A stretch of DNA of 9,396 nucleotides. Source: a virus (taxonomy: Duplodnaviria; Heunggongvirae; Uroviricota; Caudoviricetes). The notes beneath the pieces were generated by a model. It worked only from the letters and a program-made list of their open reading frames with translations. It ran no database searches and had not been told where the DNA came from. This document shows, in pieces, positions 1 through 7,536 of this stretch. The DNA lies in IMG/VR virus record IMGVR_UViG_2681813236_000005; one strand, 5' to 3'. Every line of letters starts with the position of its first letter. Positions within the stretch are counted from its first letter, which is position 1. The translations under genes were made by a program, and so were the position numbers.

Positions 1-1281
1 GACGGGAAAATCCTGCAGGCAGATTACAACACGCTGATGGCGGCGGCGAAAAAGGATTATGAAGCGACGCTGAAAAAGCCGAAACAGTCCGGCGTGAAGG
101 TGTCTGCGGGCGATCGTCAGGAAGACAGTGCTCATGCTGCCCTGCTGACGCTTCAGGCTGAACTCCGGACGCTGGAGAAGCATGCCGGAGCGAATGAGAA
201 AATCAGCCAGCAGCGCCGGGATTTGTGGAAGGCGGAGAGTCAGTTCGCGGTACTGGAGGAGGCGGCACAACGTCGCCAGCTGTCCGCACAGGAGAAATCC
301 CTGCTGGCGCATAAAGATGAGACGCTGGAGTACAAACGCCAGCTGGCTGCACTTGGCGATAAGGTCACGTATCAGGAGCGCCTGAATGCGCTGGCGCAGC
401 AGGCGGATAAATTCGCACAGCAGCAACGGGCAAAACGGGCCGCCATTGATGCGAAAAGCCGGGGGCTGACTGACCGGCAGGCAGAACGGGAAGCCACAGA
501 ACAGCGCCTGAAGGAACAGTATGGCGATAATCCGCTGGCGCTGAATAACGTCATGTCAGAGCAGAAAAAGACCTGGGCGGCTGAAGACCAGCTTCGCGGG
601 AACTGGATGGCAGGCCTGAAGTCCGGCTGGAGTGAGTGGGAAGAGAGCGCCACGGACAGTATGTCGCAGGTAAAAAGTGCAGCCACGCAGACCTTTGATG
701 GTATTGCACAGAATATGGCGGCGATGCTGACCGGCAGTGAGCAGAACTGGCGCAGCTTCACCCGTTCCGTGCTGTCCATGATGACAGAAATTCTGCTTAA
801 GCAGGCAATGGTGGGGATTGTCGGGAGTATCGGCAGCGCCATTGGCGGGGCTGTTGGTGGCGGCGCATCCGCGTCAGGCGGTACAGCCATTCAGGCCGCT
901 GCGGCGAAATTCCATTTTGCAACCGGAGGGTTTACGGGAACCGGCGGCAAATATGAGCCAGCGGGGATTGTTCACCGTGGTGAGTTTGTCTTCACGAAGG
1001 AGGCAACCAGCCGGATTGGCGTGGGGAATCTTTACCGGCTGATGCGCGGCTATGCCACCGGCGGTTATGTCGGTACACCGGGCAGCATGGCAGACAGCCG
1101 GTCGCAGGCGTCCGGGACGTTTGAGCAGAATAACCATGTGGTGATTAACAACGACGGCACGAACGGGCAGATAGGGCCACAGGCGCTGAAGGCTGTTTAT
1201 GACGTAGCCCGTAAGGCGGCAATGGATGTTGTGACCGGGCAGATGCGCGATGGTGGTCTGTTCTCCGGAGGTGGACGATGA
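1..1281 (+). CDS. H: Tail tape-measure protein, C-terminal part (5'-partial; the frame is open from base 1, so the gene begins upstream of the window)
   Basis: Frame 1 is open from position 1 to the TGA at 1279-1281; the listed ORF 37..1281 is only the first in-window Met. Translation is Ala/Gln/Arg/Glu-rich and coiled-coil-like, followed by a Gly-rich segment (GSIGSAIGGAVGGGASASGG...TGGFTGTGG), typical of the C-terminus of lambda-type tape-measure proteins. It sits immediately upstream of M-L-K-I-J, as in lambda. Confidence 0.88.
   Translation, partial: DGKILQADYNTLMAAAKKDYEATLKKPKQSGVKVSAGDRQEDSAHAALLTLQAELRTLEKHAGANEKISQQRRDLWKAESQFAVLEEAAQRRQLSAQEKSLLAHKDETLEYKRQLAALGDKVTYQERLNALAQQADKFAQQQRAKRAAIDAKSRGLTDRQAEREATEQRLKEQYGDNPLALNNVMSEQKKTWAAEDQLRGNWMAGLKSGWSEWEESATDSMSQVKSAATQTFDGIAQNMAAMLTGSEQNWRSFTRSVLSMMTEILLKQAMVGIVGSIGSAIGGAVGGGASASGGTAIQAAAAKFHFATGGFTGTGGKYEPAGIVHRGEFVFTKEATSRIGVGNLYRLMRGYATGGYVGTPGSMADSRSQASGTFEQNNHVVINNDGTNGQIGPQALKAVYDVARKAAMDVVTGQMRDGGLFSGGGR
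1267..1272 (+). promoter_or_regulatory. Shine-Dalgarno (GGAGGT) for M, located inside the 3' end of H
   Basis: GGAGGT lies 5 nt upstream of the ATG at 1278. Confidence 0.6.
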
Positions 1282-1607
1282 AAACCTTCCGCTGGAAAGT
1301 GAAACCCGGGATGGATGTGACATCGGCTCCTTCCGTCAGGGAGGTGCGCTTTGGTGATGGCTATTCCCAGCGTGCGCCTGCCGGGCTGAACGCTGACCTG
1401 AAAACGTACAGCGTGACGCTGTCTGTCTCCCGTGAGGAGGCCACGGCGCTGGAGTCGTTTCTGGCAGAGCACGGAGGCTGGAAGGCCTTTCTGTGGACGC
1501 CGCCTTATGGTTACAGGCAGATAAAGGTGACCTGCGCAAAATGGTCGTCGCAGGTCAGTATGTTGCGTGTTGAGTTCAGCGCAGAGTTTAAACAGGTGGT
1601 GAACTGA
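1278..1607 (+). CDS. M: Minor tail protein M (tail tip assembly)
   Basis: 109-aa ORF MKTFRWKVKPGMDV...EFSAEFKQVVN, the same length as and closely resembling lambda gpM as I recall it. Its start overlaps the H stop (ATGA) and there is a good SD upstream. Confidence 0.92.
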   Translation: MKTFRWKVKPGMDVTSAPSVREVRFGDGYSQRAPAGLNADLKTYSVTLSVSREEATALESFLAEHGGWKAFLWTPPYGYRQIKVTCAKWSSQVSMLRVEFSAEFKQVVN

Positions 1608-2305
1608 TGCAGGATATCCGGCAGGAAACACTGAATGAATGCACCCGTGCGGAGCAGTCGGCCAGCGTGGTGCTCTGGGAAATCGATCTGACAGAGGTCG
1701 GTGGAGAACGTTATTTTTTCTGTAATGAGCAGAACGAAAAAGGTGAGCCGGTCACCTGGCAGGGGCGACAGTATCAGCCGTATCCCATTCAGGGGAGCGG
1801 TTTTGAACTGAATGGCAAAGGCACCAGTACGCGCCCCACGCTGACGGTTTCTAACCTGTACGGTATGGTCACCGGGATGGCGGAAGATATGCAGAGTCTG
1901 GTCGGCGGAACGGTGGTCCGGCGTAAGGTTTACGCCCGTTTTCTGGATGCGGTGAACTTCGTCAACGGAAACAGAGACGCCGATCCGGAGCAGGAGGTGA
2001 TCAGCCGCTGGCGCATCGAGCAGTGCAGCGAACTGAGCGCGGTGAGTGCCTCCTTTGTACTGTCCACGCCGACGGAAACGGATGGCGCTGTTTTTCCGGG
2101 ACGTATCATGCTGGCCAACACCTGCACCTGGACCTATCGCGGTGATGAGTGCGGTTATCACGGTCCGGCAGTCGCGGATGAATATGACCAGCTGACGTCC
2201 GATATCACGAAGGATAAATGCAGCAAATGCCTGAGCGGCTGTAAGTTTCGCAATAACGTCGGCAACTTTGGCGGCTTCCTTTCCATTAACAAACTTTCGC
2301 AGTAA
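1607..2305 (+). CDS. L: Minor tail protein L (tail tip assembly; Cys-rich C-terminus)
   Basis: 232-aa ORF, the same length as lambda gpL. Its ATG overlaps the M stop (TGATG). A C-terminal cysteine cluster (CTWTYRGDEC...CSKCLSGC, nt 2123-2242) is present. Position between M and K matches lambda. Confidence 0.92.
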   Translation: MQDIRQETLNECTRAEQSASVVLWEIDLTEVGGERYFFCNEQNEKGEPVTWQGRQYQPYPIQGSGFELNGKGTSTRPTLTVSNLYGMVTGMAEDMQSLVGGTVVRRKVYARFLDAVNFVNGNRDADPEQEVISRWRIEQCSELSAVSASFVLSTPTETDGAVFPGRIMLANTCTWTYRGDECGYHGPAVADEYDQLTSDITKDKCSKCLSGCKFRNNVGNFGGFLSINKLSQ

Positions 2306-2309
2306 ACCC

Positions 2310-3053
2310 ATGACAGAAACAGAATCAGCGATTCTGGCGCACGCCCGGCGATGTGCGCCAGCGGAGTCGTGCGGCTTCGTGGTGAGAGCGCCGGAGGGGG
2401 AAAGATATTTTCCCTGCATGAATATTTCCGGTGAGCCGGAGGGTTATTTCCGGATGTCGCCGGAAGACTGGCTGCAGGCAGAAATGCAGGGTGAGATTGT
2501 GGCGCTGGTCCACAGCCACCCCGGTGGTCTGCCCTGGCTGAGTGAGGCCGACCGGCGGCTGCAGGTGCAGAGTGATTTGCCGTGGTGGCTGGTCTGCCTG
2601 GGCGTGATTCACAAGTTCCGCTGTGTGCCGTATCTCACCGGGCGGCGCTTTGAGCACGGAGTGACGGACTGTTACACGCTGTTCCGGGACGCTTACCATC
2701 TGGCGGGAATTGAGATGCCGGATTTTCATCGCGAGGATGACTGGTGGCGTCACGGTCAGAATCTCTATCTTGACAATATGGAGGCAACGGGTTTTTACCG
2801 TGTCGCACTGACAGAGGCGCAGCCTGGCGACGTGCTGCTGTGCTGCTTTGGTTCATCGGTGCCGAATCATGCCGCCATTTACTGCGGCGACGGCGAGCTG
2901 CTGCACCATATTCCTGAACAACTGAGTAAACGAGAGAGGTACACCGACAAATGGCAGCGACGCACACACTCCCTCTGGCGTCACCGGGCATGGCACGCAT
3001 CTGCCTTTACGGGGATTTGCAACGATTTGGCCGCCGCATCGACCTTCGTGTGA
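2310..3053 (+). CDS. K: Tail assembly protein K (JAB/MPN metalloprotease-like plus NlpC/P60 peptidase-like domains); start uncertain, alternative in-frame start at 2454
   Basis: The ORF carries a JAMM-type motif HSHPGGLPWLSEAD (nt 2511-2552) and an NlpC/P60-like Cys (DCYTLF, nt 2670-2672) with downstream His residues (nt 2868-2870, 2904-2909). The ATG at 2310 lies 4 nt after the L stop; the Met at 2454 would give a 199-aa product, matching the length I recall for the lambda K annotation. The Met at 2268 in the ORF track overlaps L and is unlikely to be the start. Confidence 0.85.
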   Translation: MTETESAILAHARRCAPAESCGFVVRAPEGERYFPCMNISGEPEGYFRMSPEDWLQAEMQGEIVALVHSHPGGLPWLSEADRRLQVQSDLPWWLVCLGVIHKFRCVPYLTGRRFEHGVTDCYTLFRDAYHLAGIEMPDFHREDDWWRHGQNLYLDNMEATGFYRVALTEAQPGDVLLCCFGSSVPNHAAIYCGDGELLHHIPEQLSKRERYTDKWQRRTHSLWRHRAWHASAFTGICNDLAAASTFV

Positions 3054-3598
3054 AAACGGGGGCTGAAGTCATCCGGGCGCTGGCCACACAGCTCCCGGCG
3101 TTTCGTCAGAAACTGAGCGATGGCTGGTATCAGATACGGATTGCCGGGCGTGATACAGGTGAAAACGAATTATCAGCCCGTCTGAATGAGCCGCTGGAAA
3201 ATGGTGCCGTGATCCACATCGTACCGCGTCTGGCGGGTGCTAAAAGTGGCGGTATTTTTCAGGCAGTGCTGGGGGCGGCGCTGATTGCGGTTGCATGGTG
3301 GAACCCTGTGGGCTGGCTGGGGGCCGCGGCTGTATCGGGTATGTATGCGGCAGGGGCCAGTATGATCCTGGGCGGTGTTGCACAGATGCTGGCCCCCAAA
3401 CCCAGAACCCCCCGAACACAGACAACGGATAACGGTAAGCAGAACACCTATTTCTCCTCACTGGATAACATGGTTGCCCAGGGCAATGTTCTGCCTGTTC
3501 TGTACGGTGAAATGCGCGTGGGGTCACGCGTGGTTTCTCAGGAGATCAGCACGGCAGACGAAGGGGACGGTGGTCAGGTTGTGGTGATTGGTCGCTGA
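2951..3598 (+). CDS. I: Tail assembly protein I (ubiquitin-like beta-grasp N-terminal domain, hydrophobic Gly/Ala-rich middle, conserved C-terminus)
   Basis: 215-aa ORF MAATHTLPLASPGMARICLYGDLQRFGRR...GDGGQVVVIGR resembling lambda gpI. It overlaps the 3' end of K by 103 nt in another frame, as in lambda. An SD-like AGAGAGG sits at 2933-2939. Confidence 0.9.
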   Translation: MAATHTLPLASPGMARICLYGDLQRFGRRIDLRVKTGAEVIRALATQLPAFRQKLSDGWYQIRIAGRDTGENELSARLNEPLENGAVIHIVPRLAGAKSGGIFQAVLGAALIAVAWWNPVGWLGAAAVSGMYAAGASMILGGVAQMLAPKPRTPRTQTTDNGKQNTYFSSLDNMVAQGNVLPVLYGEMRVGSRVVSQEISTADEGDGGQVVVIGR

Positions 3599-3616
3599 TG
3601 CAAAATATTTTATGTG

Positions 3617-3644
3617 AAACCGCCTCCGGGCGGTTTTATCGTTT
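3617..3644 (+). terminator. GC-rich hairpin followed by a T-rich tract in the I-J intergenic spacer (candidate intrinsic terminator/attenuator or mRNA-stabilising stem-loop)
   Basis: AAACCGCC (3617-3624), loop TCCG, GGCGGTTT (3629-3636) form a perfect 8-bp inverted repeat, followed by TATCGTTT. The T-tract is on the + strand only. Confidence 0.4.
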
Positions 3645-3646
3645 AT

Positions 3647-3650
3647 GGAG
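3647..3650 (+). promoter_or_regulatory. Shine-Dalgarno (GGAG) for J
   Basis: GGAG lies 8 nt upstream of the ATG at 3659. Confidence 0.55.
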
Positions 3651-3658
3651 CATGACGA

Positions 3659-6600
3659 ATGGGTAAAGGCAGCAGTAAGGGGCATACCCCGCGCGAAGCG
3701 AAGGACAACCTGAAGTCCACGCAGTTGCTGAGTGTGATCGATGCCATCAGCGAAGGGCCGATTGAAGGTCCGGTGGATGGCTTAAAAAGCGTGCTGCTGA
3801 ACAGTACGCCAGTGCTGGACAGTGAGGGGAATACCAACATCGCCGGTGTCACGGTGGTGTTCCGGGCTGGTGAGCAGGAGCAGACTCCGCCGGAGGGATT
3901 TGAATCCTCCGGCTCCGAGACGGTGCTGGGTACGGAAGTGAAATATGACACGCCGATCACCCGCACCATTACGTCTGCAAACATCGACCGTCTGCGCTTT
4001 ACCTTCGGTGTACAGGCACTGGTGGAAACCACCTCAAAGGGTGACAGGAATCCGTCGGAAGTCCGCCTGCTGGTTCAGATACAACGTAACGGTGGCTGGG
4101 TGACGGAAAAAGACATCACCATTAAGGGCAAAACCACCTCGCAGTATCTGGCCTCGGTGGTGGTGGGTAACCTGCCGCCGCGCCCGTTTAATATCCGGAT
4201 GCGCAGGATGACGCCGGACAGCACCACAGACCAGCTGCAGAACAAAACGCTCTGGTCGTCATACACTGAAATCATCGATGTGAAACAGTGCTACCCGAAC
4301 ACGGCACTGGTCGGCGTACAGGTGGATTCGGAGCAGTTCGGCAGCCAGCAGGTGAGCCGTAATTATCATCTGCGCGGGCGTATTCTGCAGGTGCCGTCGA
4401 ACTATAACCCGCAGACGCGGCAATACAGCGGTATCTGGGACGGAACGTTTAAGCCAGCATACAGCAATAACATGGCCTGGTGTCTGTGGGATATGCTGAC
4501 CCATCCACGCTACGGCATGGGGAAACGTCTTGGTGCGGCGGATGTGGACAAATGGGCGCTGTATGTCATCGGCCAGTACTGCGACCAGTCAGTGCCGGAC
4601 GGCTTTGGCGGCACGGAGCCGCGCATCGCCTGTAATGCGTACCTGACCACACAGCGCAAGGCGTGGGATGTGCTCAGTGATTTCTGCTCGGCGATGCGCT
4701 GTATGCCGGTATGGAACGGGCAGACGCTGACGTTCGTGCAGGACCGACCGTCGGATAAGGTGTGGACCTATAACCGCAGTAATGTGGTGATGCCGGATGA
4801 TGGCGCGCCGTTCCGCTACAGCTTCAGCGCCCTGAAAGACCGCCATAATGCCGTTGAGGTGAACTGGATTGACCCGAACAACGGCTGGGAGACGGCGACA
4901 GAGCTTGTGGAGGATACGCAGGCCATTGCCCGTTACGGTCGTAACGTCACGAAGATGGATGCTTTTGGCTGTACCAGCCGGGGGCAGGCACACCGCGCCG
5001 GGCTGTGGCTGATTAAAACGGAACTGCTGGAAACGCAGACCGTGGATTTCAGCGTGGGCGCAGAAGGGCTTCGCCATGTGCCGGGCGATGTTATTGAAAT
5101 CTGCGATGATGACTATGCCGGTATCAGCACCGGTGGTCGCGTGCTGGCGGTGAACAGCCAGACCCGGACGCTGACGCTCGACCGTGAAATCACGCTGCCA
5201 TCCTCCGGCACCACGCTGATAAGCCTGGTTGACGGTGAGGGCAATCCGGTCAGCGTGGAGGTTCAGTCCGTCACCGACGGCGTGAAGGTAAAAGTGAGCC
5301 GTGTTCCTGACGGTGTTGCTGAATACAGCGTATGGGGGCTGAAGCTGCCGACGCTGCGCCAGCGACTGTTCCGCTGCGTGAGTATCCGTGAGAACGATGA
5401 CGGCACGTATGCCATCACCGCCGTGCAGCATGTGCCGGAAAAAGAGGCCATCGTGGATAACGGGGCGCACTTTGACGGCGACCAGAGTGGCACGGTGAAT
5501 GGTGTCACGCCGCCAGCGGTGCAGCACCTGACCGCAGAAGTCACTGCAGACAGCGGGGAATATCAGGTGCTGGCGCGCTGGGACACGCCGAAGGTGGTGA
5601 AGGGCGTGAGCTTCCTGCTTCGCCTGACCGTGGCAGCGGATGACGGCAGTGAGCGGCTGGTCAGCACGGCCCGGACGACGGAAACAACATACCGCTTCAG
5701 GCAGCTGGCGCTGGGGCGGTACACGCTGACAGTCCGGGCAGTAAATGCCTGGGGGCAGCAGGGAGACCCGGCGTCGGTATCGTTCCGGATTGCCGCACCG
5801 GCAGCACCGTCGCGGATTGAGCTGACACCGGGGTATTTTCAGATAACGGCGGTCCCGAAACTGGCTGTATATGACCCGACGGTGCAGTTTGAGTTCTGGT
5901 TCTCGGAAAAACGGATTGCGGATATCAGGCAGGTTGAAACCACAGCCCGCTATCTTGGCACGGCGCTGTACTGGATAGCTGCCAGTATCAATATCAGGCC
6001 GGGCCATGATTATTATTTTTACGTTCGCAGTGTGAACACAGTCGGCAAATCGGCATTCGTGGAGGCTGTTGGTCAGCCGAGTGATGATGCATCCGGCTAT
6101 CTGGATTTTTTCAAAGGCGAGATAGGAAAAACCCATCTGGCTCAGGAGCTGTGGACGCAGATTGATAACGGTCAGCTGGCGCCTGATCTGGCTGAAATCA
6201 GGACGTCCATTACGGATGTCAGCAATGAAATCACACAGACCGTCAATAAGAAACTGGAAGACCAGAGTGCAGCGATCCAGCAGATACAGAAGGTTCAGGT
6301 TGATACAAATAATAACCTGAACAGCATGTGGGCTGTGAAGCTGCAGCAGATGCAGGACGGACGCCTTTATATCGCGGGTATCGGTGCCGGTATTGAGAAC
6401 ACCCCTGACGGCATGCAGAGTCAGGTGCTGCTGGCGGCGGACAGGATTGCGATGGTTAATCCTGCGAATGGCAACACAAAACCGATGTTTGTTGGTCAGG
6501 GCGATCAGATATTCATGAACGACGTGTTCCTGAAGCGCCTGACGGCCCCCACCATTACCAGCGGCGGCAATCCTCCAGCCTTTTCCCTGACGCCGGACGG

Positions 6601-7141
6601 GCGGCTGACGGCGAAAAATGCCGATATCAGCGGTAATGTAAATGCGAACTCCGGAACACTCAACAACGTCACGATTAACCAGAACTGCCGGATTCTGGGA
6701 AAACTGTCTGCCAGCCAGATTGAAGGCGATATTGTCAAAACGGTGGGAAAAGCCTTTCCGAGAAACAGCAGTTATGCCAGCGGTACGATAACGGTCACTG
6801 TGTATGATGATCAGGCTTTTGACCGTCAGATAGTGATTCCACCCGTTCTGTTTCGCGGTGGTAAGCATGAAAACTTCAACAGCAACAACCAACAGTCATA
6901 CTGGTATTCAACCTGTAAGCTGCAGGTACTGAAGAACGGACAGGAAATCTTTCACCAACCTGCGACGGATGTCAGTCGGGTATTTTCATCAGTCATTGAT
7001 ATGCCTGCAGGACACGGGCATGTCACCCTGACTTTCAATGTCTCTTCATATGGCGCTAATAACTGGACGCCAACGAGCAGTATCAGTGACCTTCTTGTTG
7101 TCGTGATGAAGAAATCCACAGCTGGTATCAGTATCAGCTGA
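3659..7141 (+). CDS. J: Central tail fibre / host specificity protein J (tail tip, receptor binding)
   Basis: 1160-aa ORF starting [42 protein letters not shown], the lambda gpJ N-terminus as I recall it. The size is typical of gpJ-family proteins, it follows I as in lambda, and it contains FN3-like modules in the middle. The TGA stop at 7139-7141 lies 2 nt before the N run, so the CDS appears complete. Confidence 0.93.
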   Translation: MGKGSSKGHTPREAKDNLKSTQLLSVIDAISEGPIEGPVDGLKSVLLNSTPVLDSEGNTNIAGVTVVFRAGEQEQTPPEGFESSGSETVLGTEVKYDTPITRTITSANIDRLRFTFGVQALVETTSKGDRNPSEVRLLVQIQRNGGWVTEKDITIKGKTTSQYLASVVVGNLPPRPFNIRMRRMTPDSTTDQLQNKTLWSSYTEIIDVKQCYPNTALVGVQVDSEQFGSQQVSRNYHLRGRILQVPSNYNPQTRQYSGIWDGTFKPAYSNNMAWCLWDMLTHPRYGMGKRLGAADVDKWALYVIGQYCDQSVPDGFGGTEPRIACNAYLTTQRKAWDVLSDFCSAMRCMPVWNGQTLTFVQDRPSDKVWTYNRSNVVMPDDGAPFRYSFSALKDRHNAVEVNWIDPNNGWETATELVEDTQAIARYGRNVTKMDAFGCTSRGQAHRAGLWLIKTELLETQTVDFSVGAEGLRHVPGDVIEICDDDYAGISTGGRVLAVNSQTRTLTLDREITLPSSGTTLISLVDGEGNPVSVEVQSVTDGVKVKVSRVPDGVAEYSVWGLKLPTLRQRLFRCVSIRENDDGTYAITAVQHVPEKEAIVDNGAHFDGDQSGTVNGVTPPAVQHLTAEVTADSGEYQVLARWDTPKVVKGVSFLLRLTVAADDGSERLVSTARTTETTYRFRQLALGRYTLTVRAVNAWGQQGDPASVSFRIAAPAAPSRIELTPGYFQITAVPKLAVYDPTVQFEFWFSEKRIADIRQVETTARYLGTALYWIAASINIRPGHDYYFYVRSVNTVGKSAFVEAVGQPSDDASGYLDFFKGEIGKTHLAQELWTQIDNGQLAPDLAEIRTSITDVSNEITQTVNKKLEDQSAAIQQIQKVQVDTNNNLNSMWAVKLQQMQDGRLYIAGIGAGIENTPDGMQSQVLLAADRIAMVNPANGNTKPMFVGQGDQIFMNDVFLKRLTAPTITSGGNPPAFSLTPDGRLTAKNADISGNVNANSGTLNNVTINQNCRILGKLSASQIEGDIVKTVGKAFPRNSSYASGTITVTVYDDQAFDRQIVIPPVLFRGGKHENFNSNNQQSYWYSTCKLQVLKNGQEIFHQPATDVSRVFSSVIDMPAGHGHVTLTFNVSSYGANNWTPTSSISDLLVVVMKKSTAGISIS

Positions 7142-7143
7142 AT

Positions 7144-7536
7144 NNNNNNNNNNNNNNNNNNNNNNNNNNNNNNNNNNNNNNNNNNNNNNNNNNNNNNNNN
7201 NNNNNNNNNNNNNNNNNNNNNNNNNNNNNNNNNNNNNNNNNNNNNNNNNNNNNNNNNNNNNNNNNNNNNNNNNNNNNNNNNNNNNNNNNNNNNNNNNNNN
7301 NNNNNNNNNNNNNNNNNNNNNNNNNNNNNNNNNNNNNNNNNNNNNNNNNNNNNNNNNNNNNNNNNNNNNNNNNNNNNNNNNNNNNNNNNNNNNNNNNNNN
7401 NNNNNNNNNNNNNNNNNNNNNNNNNNNNNNNNNNNNNNNNNNNNNNNNNNNNNNNNNNNNNNNNNNNNNNNNNNNNNNNNNNNNNNNNNNNNNNNNNNNN
7501 NNNNNNNNNNNNNNNNNNNNNNNNNNNNNNNNNNNN
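7144..7536. other. Assembly gap (393 consecutive N); not biological sequence
   Basis: Uninterrupted run of n characters. Confidence 0.99.

Noticed and set aside
182-1631. Small ORFs inside or antisense to H (182..385, 372..890, 818..1042, 874..1323, 1197..1631, 1336..1539)
   Set aside because: All are nested within the continuous tape-measure reading frame or its antisense. None has independent support.
2268-2309. Upstream Met at 2268 as the K start (261-aa ORF in the track)
   Set aside because: It would overlap the last 38 nt of L, and the added residues (MAASFPLTNFRSKP) are just the alternate-frame reading of the L 3' end. The ATG at 2310 (or 2454) is more plausible.
1511-2419. 302-aa minus-strand ORF
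   Set aside because: It is antisense to the well-supported M, L and K genes and has no features of a real gene.
4589-6892. 767-aa ORF on the minus strand
   Set aside because: It lies entirely antisense to J, whose identity is well supported. Long antisense ORFs are expected by chance in GC-rich coding DNA. The translation is Arg/Cys/His-rich low-complexity sequence with no recognisable domain and no SD or operon context.
7144-7536. Possible lom-like outer-membrane protein gene between J and stf
   Set aside because: Expected from lambda gene order, but no sequence is present here (all N), so it cannot be called. It is only flagged as a question for gap closure.
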